The notes under the pieces are model-generated. The model was not told where the DNA came from. It saw only the letters and a program-made list of their open reading frames with translations, and did no database searches. Both the position numbers and the translations under genes were made by a program. This document shows positions 11,501 through 26,527 of a DNA stretch of 64,000 bases, in pieces. Source of the DNA: Octopus bimaculoides (taxonomy: Eukaryota); contig NC_068981.1 of NCBI RefSeq assembly GCF_001194135.2, positions 73,891,512-73,955,511 on the forward strand, written 5' to 3'. The stretch's first letter is position 1. The number at the start of each line of letters is the position of its first letter.

Positions 11501-14500
11501 AAAAATATCACCTGAGTAAAATAAGAATCAAAGGGGTCCATGGAGAAACACTGGTTTAGGGGTTTAGGATATAGTAAACTAATTAAAAATATCAATCTGG
11601 AGAAACAACAAAACTTCCATGAAAAACTGACATCATGAGACTGAGTGGAAAAGTATGACAAGCACCACAATGCAGAATAAAGACTAAATAAAGACAGTTG
11701 CATCAAGAGGTGCCCATCTCTAATTGCAGAGGGAACACATGGAAGGGGTGGACCCAAGAAGACATGGGATGAAGTAGTGAGAAAGGATCTACAGATGTTG
11801 GGACTCACAGAGGGAATGACAAGGGACCAAAACACCTAGCGGTTTGTGGTGCTGGAAAGGACATGTCAAGTTAAGTAAAAGCATGGTTGCCTTTGCATAC
11901 AGATTCATCCCCTGCAACCCTCCCCAGCTGATCAGCCCTAATCTTGTGGGTTCATAGGTGCTGGTGCCACCGAAGACTACTCCTTTGTCTATAATGTGAG
12001 CTTCCTGTTTTAAAGTGATCTAAATTCAAATCTTCCATTTTAAATGCCATGTTAATTTATGTTCCAAGCAGCAGGTTAATAATGACAAAATTATTGTTCT
12101 AAATTCTTCATTATTTCCAAAATTAATTTTAAAAATATGATAACAAAAGGGTAAACTACACCAGCAAAGAATCATCATCATCAGCATCATCTCATTTAAC
12201 ATCCATTTTTCTATGCTGGCATGAGCTGGATGGTTTGACAGGAGTTGGTCAGCTGGAGAGCTGCACCAGGCTCCAATTGTCAGTTTAGCATGGTTTCTAT
12301 GGCTGGGTGCCCTTCTTAATGCCAATCACTTTACAGTGTGTACTGGGTGCTTTTTATGTGGTTCCTTTATGATTGCCTTATACATGGCACCAGTATGGGT
12401 GCATGTTTTTATGTGACACTGACAAGGGTGCTTTTTACATGGCACTAGCTAGCACAGGAGCTTTTTACATAGCATCAGCAAGGATACTTTTTGTGTGGCA
12501 TCATAATGGATGCTTTTTTGTATTCAACTTGCTAAAAAAATAGCAGCTAAATTTCTCACAATTAAACCCCACTGCTTGAAAATTCAAACCTTAACATCTC
12601 AAAAGCATACTGAATGATGTAGCACTAGATATATTGTCCTGAAACGAAAATCACAAAAATGGGATGGATAAGGCTAGAATGTATTTGATAATACTTCTTC
12701 TAGGTCAGGAACAATGTGGAGATATACAATAACAACCTACAATTAAATAAGAATGTTTTAATAATCTAAAAAAAAAAAAAAACTAAACATCTCTCAAGAG
12801 TTCTAAGATACAAAAGAGCTTTGTTTCCAATTATACTTATAACCATTTCCCCTTTCAACCATTTCCTTTAAAGCCATTAAAATTTAAACTGGCTATATCC
12901 GGCCCAAATTTTCTACCTGTTTTATGTTCAAACTGGCTAGGCCAGCATCTCACTCCTACCGTATAATGTCATTCTAAAGATAAACAATGACATCATTGAA
13001 ATCTCAGAGCTACAAGATAATGCAGGATTAATTCAAAACAATGTGAATAAATAAATATTACATTTGACAAAGTAATCTGAATGCTAAAGGGTTAACATAT
13101 CTTATTTCTACAACTTTGGTTGCTACAACTCTTTGCCTACTGTTGCTCACAAATTTACTAAGGCTTGTGTATCCTTGAGTGTGAAGAGATCTCTAGTCAA
13201 AGATAAGTGAGAAAAAAAAAAGAAAAGGAAAAGGTGCATTTCATTTCTTCTATGACTGTTTGTATTGTTTAATGGCAAGCACGTGAGGCTCAGAGTGACT
13301 TACAAAATTACATTGTCTCAAAAGTTGACTATCTATTAGTATTAGTAGCTGTATCATCATCATCGTCATTTAACGTCCGCTTTCCATGCTAGCATGGGTT
13401 GGACGATTTGACTAAGGACTGGTGAACCAGATGGCTACACCAGGCTCCAATCTGATTTGGCAGAGTTTCTACAGCTGGATGCCCTTCCTAATGCCAACCA
13501 CTCCGAGAGTGTAGTGGGTGCTTTAACGTGCCACCGGCACGAAGGCCAGTCAGGAGGTACTGGCAACGGCCACGCTCAAAATGATAAAATGGTATGTGCA
13601 AAGAAGTAGCAGCTAGGAGTTCTTTCTCTGCCTTAGAGAAACAAACTGCCTATCTATTAGGTATAGAACACTGTAACACAAGGAAGAATTGGCAGAGTAT
13701 TAGGGCATCAGATAGAACCCAGACAGTTGGAACAAATATCACAAGGCATTCTAAGTTCAAATCCTACCACAGTCAAATTTGCCTCTCATCCATTCCGGAG
13801 TTTAACAGAAATGTAGCTCTATATGGCAATGAACTAGTAGAATTGTAAGTGGTTGAACCTGAGTTTATATTCCACCATGGCATATATGAGTGGTATGCTT
13901 AGTCTATGGCCCAGTTTAACACCACCACCTGACACCTTTGGTTTATTTAGGGAAATCCAATCTGATATATGTATTTGGGCTCATCTCCCTCCCTCGTACT
14001 TGTCTCAGAGAACCTGAAAACAATCATAGCCACAGCTTTCCTTAGAAAAACAAATAAATTATCATTAACTAGAACATAATAGCTACCAGCTAAACACACT
14101 TCTCATTTATCATCTTTAATATCAGCATTGTCATCTATTTTACAACAAACAGAATGATCTAATTTATATCACTGGACATTTGGTTAATAAGAAATACTAT
14201 GCCAGTAGGGAAAATAGATGTTAATGATGATGATGAACATTTTCAAATAATTTGTATCAACAGAAATTTCTAGAAACAAATTATTTTAGGTTTTGGAAAG
14301 AAAGTCCCTTTCTTGTCACTTCCAGAATTTTCACAATATTCTCTAACTCAATTTAAAGCTCCTATCAGGGTTTGATTACAGATTGATTTAGCTGCTATTG
14401 TTAGCAAATTGAATAATCATATAGAGACTTCTGTGCTGGTATTTTAAACCCTTTTGTTGCCATATTTCTGTTGAAATACATTGTCTTTGTTTCAATTAAT

Positions 14501-17500
14501 TTTGAAAATAATAAAGGGTTTAGTAAAATAATTTTGTCATTATTAAGGTGTCGTTTAGAATATAAATTAATATGAAATTTTGAGGGAAGGTTTTAATTTA
14601 AACCACTTTAAATTGATGTAAAAAAAGCTTCTGGAACTAAGCATATCTACAGCTCTACAAGAAATCTCATTAGTAAGCTCTATGGATGTTGATAAACATG
14701 GTTACCTATGAAACAAAAAGCACACAACAAAAGTGCCAAATATTTTACAAAAAACAAATAGTGATCTAGTAAGTTGAGCCTCGATGTGGTCAGTTGATCT
14801 ATAAGGATAAGCAATGAAATTCCCCCTAAAATCATATCATACCCTCTTTAAAAAAAAAAAGCAGGTTCACACAGCATAATGTTGTCCTAAATATGAAGTA
14901 CATTCAAAAAGTATCAGACTTTATTCGTGGACAAAATCCTCCCATCTGATATGTCTAGAGTACAGACGTAGTGAGCACTCGTCAGATTTTCATTTTCACC
15001 AAATGCAGAGGAGACATTGCATCAAGTTTTGCCAAAAGTTTGGTGATATTCAAGCTCAAACCACCCAGAAGATTCAGCAGGCCTTTTGCTGTGATGCCTT
15101 GGCAAAACTCTAATCAAGGAGTGGTACAACTACTTCAAATATGGCTGCACCTCAGTGGATATCAAGGTATGTTCAGCAGGCCATCCACAAGCTGAAACAA
15201 GGAGCTGACTGAGAAGGTCTGGTGAATAGCTATGTAAGACGGTCATATAACAACAATCCAGCAAATTGCTCACAAAATGGGAATAAGTATAGGATTAGTG
15301 TATTCCAGCTTAATGGAGGATTTGTGCATGCCAAGAGTGTCAGCGAAATCTGTCCCCAAAGTGTTGGTAGAGCAGCAGAAGCAACTCTACATGGAAATCG
15401 CCCAGCTCATGCCAGACTGTGCAAACTAGGACTCAGACATTCATGAAGACCATCATCACTAATGTTGAGACATGGGTTTATGGTCTCTGCTTGATGTATT
15501 CAGACAACTTGCATGAAAACAAAAATCTGACAAGCATGCAGAAAACGTCTGTTCTCTAGGCATAACAGCTAGGAATTAATGCAACCTACTGGCATGAAAA
15601 TTTTCACGTATGCACAGGAAGGGTGACAACACCTCTCACCCAAAGGATTTTGCCCATACAGCATTAGTTTGGTGAGAAAAAAAAATTGGATACTTTTTGA
15701 ATGTACCTTGTACACTCTTTCTAAATATAAAATTGGTTGTTCATGGTTGGAATGCCTTTAGAAGTAGTCCCTTTAATCAGAGCTAAACCGGGCTTTACAC
15801 CAATAACAAAATATAACCCATACATAAAGTATGCTCTCTGTAAGAATAGATTAAAAGTGACATAAGTACAAGGAAAGCAGACAGTCAAATAGTCAGTAAG
15901 GAGAAGTTTAAGAGATACAGGGCAAAGTACAGAAGAGTCAAGCAGCTTTACAATACAATAAGTGGGGTAGAGTAGGTCAAAACAATCCAGATAGAATATG
16001 AAAAAAAAAGAAAAAGAAACTGGAAGAGAAATAGCTATTAAGAGAGGAAAAAAACGTTACTAAAGAATGCTAATTTTATCAACCAGCTCAAATTATGAGG
16101 ATGGTGACTGATAATCATGGAGAGAGAACAAACAAAACTGGTAAATTAGTGATTCAATTAACATTAAACTTGATATATTTAGGATGGTCTGTTGATATTG
16201 AGATATCATTTGATTTTTTAATGCCATTTTACTAGGCTGAGTTGTGAGGTAAGAAGTTTGCTTCCCAACCACATGGCCCCGGGTTCAGTCCCATTGCAAG
16301 GCACCAAGCCAACCAAATCCTTGTGAATGGATTTAGTGGACAGAAACTCAAAGAAGTCCACCATGTGTGTGTATGTGTGTGCGTGTATCTTTATGTTTGA
16401 CTCCACCACTGCTTGACAACAAAGTGTTGTTTTGTTTACATCCCTGTAACATAGCAGTACAGCAAAAGGGACTAATGGGATAAGTATCAAACTTAAAATA
16501 AGTACTGGGAGCAAAGTGCTTGACTAAACCAGGGGTTCCCAACCTTATTTTGCTTGTGGAGCCCCTGAGAGCTATCTTATCATCTATGGACCCCATATAT
16601 ACAGATGTAAATTTTTGAAATAAAATATTTGTTTGTAGGTTAGTAAAAACTTACAATGAAACAATTTCGTTACATTCCTAACATAAATTCCAAATACAAA
16701 TCTTGAAAATTTCAATAAATATAGGTACCTCTCCTAGTAAACAAAATTTATATATGGACCCACAAATTGCAATTTTTTAATTGTGGACCCCTTTAAAGCT
16801 TCTGTGGACCCCTGGTGGTCCATGTGGATCCTGGTTTGACTAAAACAAATAAAAGATAGAAGATAACTGAATAACTAAAGGTGTGTGGGAAGCTATGCAT
16901 CTTTAGTTATTCAAAATGTAAAAAGAAAATTTCTTTTTAATATAAAAAAAAATGCAAAAAATGTAAGAAGAGATTTTAAAATATGTAAAAAAAATTAAAA
17001 AAAAAAAAAAAANNNNNNNNNNNNNNNNNNNNAAAAAACTAATACAAACCGATCTCTCCGTAGTCTGACACTTCGAACTTCAGCAGAAAATTCAAGTTCA
17101 ATTACATGTTTTTTTTTCAGATCGTCCCATACCATAACTAAAAGAGAAAAGGTAAAAGTTTGTTACAGATCATCATGTCCCTTTATTAAAGGAAATATAC
17201 ATTTGGAAATTGTTTACACTAAAGACCCATGCTGAGAAAAGCCATGTGAATGAATTTGATGGCAGGAAACTGAAAGAAGCCTATCATGTGTGTATGTATA
17301 TTACATGTATGTATGTGTGTGTGTGTGTGTGTGTGTCCTTGCCTTGAGATTGCAAGATAGTTGTAAACGAGCGTGGTGTTGATCGTTAGCAATTGCTTAT
17401 GAAAGCATGTCTGACCATGAAGTAATATTACCTTGCTTGGAAAACAAGTGATGATTGGCAAAGAAAAGGACATCTGACTGCAGATATTAAAACAACAATG

Positions 17501-20500
17501 ATGAAGATGTTGATAATGATGATAATGATGATGATGTAATAATATAAAACAATTTCCAATGTTCTGATTTCAAAATTTTCTGCTTATAAATTCATTCAAT
17601 TTTGAAGTCCAAAAGTAACGTTTCCTCTTATCCCATTTTTTTTTTTTTTTAAGGAATCAAGGCATCAGTATGGTTCAACATTTTATGGAAACCCACTGCA
17701 GTAGAAGCCTGTCATTATTTGCCTCCTTATAAAGTGAGTGGAGGATTTACTAGGATCTACTTTGCTTTTCATTTTATGTGGTACACATCAAAAATAAACA
17801 TTGGTCATGGGCTGTGATTAGTACAATTAATCACATCCCACACCTACAAATTTGAGCTCATACAAAAGAGATCAATACTATTTATCTCTGTAGATACTGA
17901 ATTAACAGAAGCAGACGCAATTTAATTAAGTATACTTCTTTCAGCCTCGTCAAAAGAAATCGATACTATTCATTTCAGGTTTCTTTTGAAGTATTGTGTA
18001 AAGACCTTATAAACAGATTACGCAACTTAACAGTTTGTTAATCTAAGGCAAGTATTTCTATCATAATCGCTATCACATCAGGAAAAGAATTCCCATTTGT
18101 AACAAGAATGTTTACTGTTCCATTAAGAAGGAAAAAAAGTACAAAGGATTGTCTAACTTATATTGCTAACAGTTCTAGTGAACATATTCTGTGAAGCACT
18201 GATCTGAAGATTCTAAAGATCACAAATGAGAAGCTAAAAGTCAATTGTGTTTCTTTCAACACAGTCTTAAGAATTTATTTATTTATTTATCATATATTTA
18301 GGCACAGGTGTGGCTGTTGTGGTAAGAAGCTTGCTTCCCAACCACATGGTTCCAGGTTCAGTCCCACTGCATGGCACCTTGGGCAAGTGTCTTCTACTAT
18401 AGCCTCAGGTCGACCAAAGCTTCGTAACTCGATTTGGTAGACGGAAACGGAAAGAAGCCCATCATTTATGTGTGTGTGTCTGTTTGTACCCCATCACCAC
18501 TTGACAACTGGTGTTGGCGTGTTTACGTCCCCATAACTTAACAGTTCAGCAAAAGGAGGCTGATAGAGAAAGAAGTCCTGGGATTGATTTGTTCAACTAA
18601 AACCCTTTCAGGTGGTACTCCAGCATGGCCACAGTCAAATGATTGAAACAAGTAAAAAAAAATACCAAAACACACAGCAAATAGATATAATCATTAGAAC
18701 ATTTCAGCTCTTTACATTCTGAGTGTAATTCCTACCAAGGTTATCTTTTCCTTTCATATCTTCCAGTGCCAATAAAATAAAGTACCAATCCAGGGCCCAG
18801 GGCAGTGAATTAGCAGAATTAGTAGAGCATATATACAAAAGATACAACATAAAAGACATGCGTTAGCCATTCAAAAACACATAAAGACTTAACATTTATT
18901 ATTTGTAAAAATATAAACTTGTTACCAGTTCAAATATGCTTGAGACATAATTGAACCACTAAAAAACATTTACTGCATTTTGTCATGGAGAAAAATTCTC
19001 ACTGTAGACTAATAGGTGTAAACACACCAAGTCAAGTTTATATTTGTACAGATTTGAATATGCCTCAAGCATATTTGAATTGGTTTATATTTGTACACAC
19101 CACTGCTTATCACTTTGAATTTATATTTATTTCTACTGCACAAACTGTGATTTGGTTGCTGATAAGGACACGCAGCAACTAGGTTGCTGTTTGTATAATG
19201 AAAATTTACTGCATTTTGTTACTGCATTTTGTCATGGAGAAAAATTCTCACTGTAGACTAATAGGTGTAAACACACGAAGTCAAGTTTATATTTGTACAG
19301 GTTTAAATATGCCTCAAGCGTATTTGAACTGATTTATATTTGTACACATCACTGCTTAGCACTTTGAATTTATATTTATTGTTTCTCAACATTTGCACCA
19401 CACAAACTATGACTTGGTTGCTGACAAGGATACGCTGCAACTAGGTTGCTGTTTGTATAATGAAAATTTTGAGATGTTTAAGTGAAGTCAAGAGTCTTTT
19501 TGTGTTTTTGAATTGCTAACATGTGTCTAAGATACATCAAGCTAAGTAAAATTATCGTCTTCCACACACACAGGCTTGTCCTTTCAGGTGCCAGTGCTGT
19601 GTCAACCCACCCATGCCAGTGCTGCATAAATGCACCCATGCTGGTGGCATGTAAAAAGCACTCAGCACACTCTGTTAATTGGTCAGCATAAGGAAGGGCA
19701 CCCAGCCATAGAAACAATGCAACAGCAGAAAGTTTGAGTCTATACAGCTCCCTGCTAGTCAGCTCCATGTCAAACAGTCCAACCCATGCCAACATGGAGA
19801 GCAAGCATTAAATGATGACAATTATGATGATGATGATGATGTCTTCCACACTGCGATTGCTTTAGTTTCAACACTTGCCTGCTAAGTACAACTCGGAAAT
19901 CAAAAACATTGCCTTGAGTATGTGTCCCAGCTCTTTACTTTCTAAGAGTTGCAGCAGATAAGGTGAATTTGTCTTTAAAAAGCCAACAAAGATGGTGTCT
20001 TGTGAAAAATACCCAAAGGAAACCAATTTTGTATTCTTCCAACAAAATTCCATGATAAGCAGACAATTGTTCTGCTACTTGATAAGATTGAAAGATTCAG
20101 TAAAGTGCTCTATAAATCTACACCTGACAATAAAACTGATTTAGAAATAATACATTTATAAATCTCTGAGAGAGATTTATGCAGGAGTGATACGATGAAG
20201 TAGTTGTATGCTATCAACTTAATGTGACAGTCCCCTGAAGGGAATAATACTACTTTTGGTTAGACTTAGGAAGCTGCACCGCTTCCTGTCGGCCTTGACA
20301 CATTTCCTGTTTCTTTATGTTTACAAAGGGGAGACAAGCACCTCCACCCAGCTAAGTCTGCATCCAGAGACATGTTTCTGGGTCTTTGCTCATCATCAGT
20401 CTGGAGTAGCATGACCTGCTAGTCGAAGATGCCTGTCAAGCTCTTGTAAACATATAATAATTCTAGTGAAATACATTCACTGATTTCAAATTTAGAAATA

Positions 20501-22336
20501 ATATATTTCTAAACATCTCAGAGAGATTTATGCAGTAGTGATACGATGAAGTAGTTGTATGCTGTCAACTTAATGTGACAGTCCTCCTTGTAAACATAAG
20601 GACACAGGAAATGTGTCAAGGCCGACAGGAAATGGTGCAGCTTCCTAAGTCTAACCAATGGTAGTATTATTCCCTTCAGGGGACTGTGACATTAAGTTGA
20701 CAGCATAAAACTAATTTAGTTCAGTAGGAACTGCTCTACAGATCATCTTAAAATATAGTCCAGTCTTCCTTTTTCTTTATTTTTTTTGACTTTGGTTATT
20801 TGGATGGAAAAGATTTCGTTCATTCATTTATTTATTTACTTGTTTTCCATCCATTTTTCAATGCCAACATGAGCTACATGAATACATATTGTTGAAGCAT
20901 TTTTTTTTTAGTCAAGTGCCTTTCCAGCTACTAAATCATGTTTTCCAAGTAAGGGAGTTTTTATTTTGCTTGCCTTCATAAAAGCAGAGAGAAATGACAA
21001 GAGAAAACTACTCATAGCTCAGCAATTTTTCATGTGACTGCAGAATGTAAATATTCTAAGATACATTTGCACACATACACAAAATGGATAAAAGGTCCTT
21101 CCCAACCCATAGACTCATAAGGTTAATTTTCTGGATTCTGTAGCATATATATTTTCTATTCTACTGGACAGGCTGCTGGTCCATCACAGGATTATTCATT
21201 CTTACCAGCTGAGTGGACAGGAACAGCTTGAAATGAAGTGTACTGCAAAAGAACACAATGCAGTACCCAGTTCAAGAATTGAAACCACAATCTTACAATC
21301 GCAAGTATGTCTTAGCCACTAAGCCATGTGGCTCTACACATATAGCCACTAAATATAACAGCCACTTCAAAAGCTATTATATTAAGGAGTAGACCACTGA
21401 TTATAGGTCAAAAACTATGATCTTGTATGCCTAGACCAGTATTTCTCAACTTTTTTTCTCATGCTCCACTTCAACCTGTGTCCTACTAAGAATAGATAAA
21501 GTTGGTATGTGTATATGTATCATATTTAGTTTAGGTCCACTGGTGTTAGAAACAGAATGGTACCAAAACAATTATAACTAATAATAAAGACGCAAAATTT
21601 ATTCTATGTCAACTTAATTGTGTTATATGATAACAGCAGTTTCTTTGTGATTGTAGATCAGGAGGAAGAGCAGTTTGCCCTGGAGTGGTCATGTAAAGTG
21701 ACCCTTGATGCTACAAGCCATTTCTTCCTACCTGTACTTAGTGGTTTTAAAGTGAGCATCAGTCCACACAATTTTATCCCATTCTTTAGACTTGGAGGCT
21801 AAGGTGGCTGCTGTGACCAGCAAGCTGTAGGTTTTACATTAGAGTAGCCTTCTCCTAGCTGAACTGCCTGAAGGGTTGAAGAGCTCCACCCACCCTAGAA
21901 TTCCTGGAAGGGTGTCAAAGAGCACACTGGATTACCTTAGGGACTCCACTACTTGATTTGTTGTTGAAGCTAACTCCCCTAAACTTATCCTTTCTCAAGG
22001 CACTCACAAGGCAGTGCTTGGAGTTAGTTCCATAACCTGCTAATTAACCCATAGCTTGGGACTTGACAGGTGCTACTACACTGGGTCAGAGTAGACCTAG
22101 GAACAAGAGTGGGTAAGAAGTGATTCCACATTCCTCAAAATTTGGAAATTCTCGAACCAGGGCTCCACTATTGAAAGCAGTTATACATACACACATATAT
22201 ATATCTATATACATATGTATATCTATATACATATGTATATATANNNNNNNNNNNNNNNNNNNNNNNNNNNNNNNNNNNNNNNNNNNNNNNNNNNNNNNNN
22301 NNNNNNNNNNNNNNNNNNNNNNNNNNNNNNNNNNNN

Positions 22337-22386
<50 letters not shown>

Positions 22387-25300
22387 TAAAGGTCACAAAA
22401 GTGACAGAGGGTGCTGATTAGCACCACTTATGCTGAGATAAGAGTTAACTCCAAAGCCACTAAGGCAGAATACTTAATGACTGACAAAGGGAGGTAAGTC
22501 CTAGCAAACAGCCGTATCACGATTTTGAATTTTGGTGTAGACCACTTTAATTATCATCAGCGGCTCTTAACACCTGGTGTTAAACCCAACTTCCTTAGTC
22601 AATCTTATAAGAAAAACTATTGAAATTATGTGCTGATGAGAATTAAGATGGTCTACATCAAAATTTAAAATCATGATATGGCTATGTATGCTAAGGGCTT
22701 ACCTCCCTTTGTTGGTCATTAAGTATAGTGCTTTAGTGGCTTTTGCATTTAAGCCACCCTTTTAATTTGTTGTTTACGCTTTTACTGTTTTGAAAATCAA
22801 GGTACCATGTAAAACTGTTGATGTGGGTGCTGGCATCACATAAAAAGCACTGGTACTGGTGCCACATAAAAAATACCCAGTACACCGAGGAGCAGTTGGT
22901 GCTAGGAAGGGCATCCAACCATAGGAACCAATCCGAAACAGACTATGGAACTTGATGTGGCCCTGGCCTTACCAGTTCCTGTCAAATCATCCAACCCATG
23001 CCAGCATGATAAAATGGTCATTAAATGATGATGATGATGACGATGATATTGTTCAATGCATCCTTACATACTTTTAAGAAAGTCGAGTGTGATTTAAGAA
23101 AGATTTAGCTGATCTTTCCACACATCAACAGACCATGCAGAAGTTCTCTTGTTGACTGGGCATAAAAGTTAATTATAAATTAGGGTAACAACTAACGTGA
23201 AAAATATGGCTACATATATTATAGAGGAGTGGAACTATCTATGATTTCTGTCACAATTCATTCTATAGTAACTTTCCCATTCAAAAGGGCAGAGATGAAA
23301 TATATATTTCTTGGAAATCACAAACCAACATAACTATTATTTATAAGAAATCTTCAAGAATCAAAGACTACCTCTGAAGCAAGTATACTGGAATCAATAG
23401 TATGATGCTATTGTTTGACCACAGCTCAACTCCAATTGAAGAAACCTTTTCAGTATGATGCTCTCATGATGGGCTGTAAAGCTGAAGAGTACAGAATTTC
23501 CAGAATATCTGTACAAAACAAAGAGAAAATATTTGGAAATTGGCTCAACTTCCGAATACTTAGTGCCTTTAGTCACTGCATTCATATGCAAAAGGTCACA
23601 AGCAGATCTCCACTAAAGTGTCAAGAGGTTATATCCTGTACATGTATCAAGATATACTTCAACTTCAGCACTGTAGTTATAAAAATAACTGCAAAGAATT
23701 GAGTATAACTTACTACTGTAAGTAGCAGAAACTTTAAACTTTTAGTATTCACATTATTCTATCAAAAGTAATGCTTATTGATACACACTGCTTTGAACTA
23801 ATTATGAATTATCTCATAGCTTTGAGATTCTGACAATGTGATTGTTTATTTTTAGAATGACATTGTGTTGGGTAGGTATGGGAAGCTGGATCTAATCAGT
23901 TTGAACATAAAACAGGTAGAATATTTGGGCATGATATGGCCAGTTTAAAAGTTAAAGGGCTAATAGTAATAAGTAGTTGATAAAATTCTTGAACTGAGTT
24001 TAAATCTTCCCATCCATGTTGCTGATAGAGAGGCAAGTTTTGCCAGGCAGACTAAGACTAACATTAGCTTCAGTTGATAGCAATGCAATAAATACATACA
24101 TTTGATGTAATTAAAGTATAAAATTCTATTTCTTTGATAAGACGCATTCATTCTCATGAAATTAGTTAACATGGGAAGGTCAGAAAGATAATTAAAGAGT
24201 TTCAAGTGAACCTCTATCAGTGGTTGAAAGTTCCCAGTTGATAAAAGATATCAAAATTATAAATACAGAACCAATCTAATTTCATTAAATTTTCACTTCA
24301 GAGGAGTAATGTGACTGATCAAATATTAAGTGGTTTGATTAACCACCTTCATTAGCCACACTGAATAATTCAACAATTAACATTATCTAAATAAACATAA
24401 GAAAGCAAGTTTTCACATTTAAATGAGAAATTTACTAATGCAGTTCTATCAGCTAGCCAAAGTTCGAGATAATTCTTCAAGTGGATACATTCAGAGAAAC
24501 AAGTACACTACACACCCACACACACACACACACCCACCCACACAATTTTAGTAGATCAAATTTTTGATTAGTACATAAGGACAAGAGTTTTAAATATACA
24601 TTTTTAACAGGAGAATATAATATGCACTCAGGACATACATTATATATACACATTAACACCCAGACCTGATGAATAAAAGTGTGTTCATGTTTGAACACTC
24701 CAAATTAGGACTATATATAAATGTAACTTGATGTTGGACATTAAAAAGTATTCAAAATGATAATAACTGAACAAATGGGTTCCTAATTATTGTTTTTGTT
24801 TTGAGTGCGGGGGTGGTTATTGTTTTCTTGTAATGCTCAGTGAACTGCAACCATGCTGGGGCACCACACTGAATGGGGTAATCAAACAAATTTATTCCAG
24901 TACTTTATTTAAGTCTGATACATATCTTATCAGTGTCTTTTGTGGAAATGATAAATTACAAAGAAACACTGGTTGTTAAATGGCGATGGGACACACACAC
25001 ACACACACGCATAAGGCTTCCACACAGTTTCCATCTATCAAATTCATTCATAAAGCATTGGTCAGCCTGGGGTTATATTAGAAAACGGGCCAAGCAGTGA
25101 GACAGAATCCAAGAGATTAAACATTTAGATTCATGGCTAGTCATATGTCATATGGTATTTTGTTGTTTATTATTAAGTTCATTAATTTGGTGCCGCTAAT
25201 AAAACTTAATGTCACAAAAAAAATTATATTTTTAAAAAATGTGTTGTCAATATGAAAAATTTAGAATGTTCTGTTCAAACTACTGGTTTATTTATTGTTC

Positions 25301-26492
25301 CATAGGAGACAAGTGGAGGCGCAATGGCCCAGTGGTTTGGGCAGCGGACGCGCAGTCATAGGATCGCGGTTTCAATTCCCAGACCAGGCATTGTGAGTGT
25401 TTATTGAGCGAAATCACCTAAAGCTCCATGAGGCTCCGGCGGGGGATGGTGGTGAACCCTGCTGTACTTTTCCACCACAACTTTCTCTCACTCTTTCTTC
25501 CTGTATTTCAAAGGGCCAGCCTTGTCACACTGTGTCACGCTGAATATCCCCGAGAACTACGTTAAGGGTTCACGTGTCTATGGAGTGCTCAGCCACTAGC
25601 ACGTTAATTTCACGAGCAGGCTGTTCCGTTGATTGGATCAATTGGAACCCTCGATGTCGTAAGCAACAGAGTGCCAACAACAACCACCATAGGAGACAAT
25701 AGACTTATCATTTTGTCTCCATATATTTTCCTTGATTTTGTTATGTTGGGCCAGAGGTACTATCTATTGATGTGTTTTACCAATTATATGCATGGAACCT
25801 ATAGAAAAAAAAATAAAGTTATGATCTAGTAGATAGATCCAATTGGCAAAATAAACAACAAGTCCTAGTTCAATCCCTGATCTAACTCAGGAACATCCTC
25901 TGGGAGTGATTGAAGAGCGTACTGATTAAAATAATGCTGTATCAACAATGTGCTCAAAAGGAAGAAATAATGTAAAAGCCATTATCATAATCCTTATTTT
26001 ACATCTACTTTCCATACTAGCATAGGATGGGTGGTGCATCACTATTCACTCCAATTCTTATTTAGTGTTACTAGCCTCTTTGATAAATCAAGGACAATAT
26101 CTTACACCTTATATTTCATCTTTGGTATGGCTTCTATAGCTGAATAGTTTTTTTTTCTAATAACACATTACAGAACATGCTGGGCACATTTTATCAGTGT
26201 CATATCTGTATGACACTGATTTTCTGGAACCTTTGGTCTCAAAGCCTCTCTACATTCTTTTATCTTTTATTTGTTCCGGGCATTTGACTGTGGCCATGCT
26301 AGGGCACCACCTTGAAGAATTTTTAGTCAAATGAATTGACCCCAGTACTTCTCTTTCATTTTTTAAGCCTGGTGCTTATTCAACCAGTCTCTTTTGCCAA
26401 ACTGCTAAATTATGGGGACGTAAACATACACCAACAGCGGTTGTCAAGCAGTGGTGGAGGACAAACATAGACACTGAGACATGCACACACAT

Positions 26493-26527
<35 letters not shown>

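Noticed and set aside
23415-23702. 95-aa ORF
   Set aside because: No recognisable domain or splice context; antisense within intron 3; length plausible by chance.
25313-25390. tRNA gene
   Set aside because: A/B boxes only, followed by SINE body, tail and TSD; it is a SINE head. The same applies to the other SINE heads.
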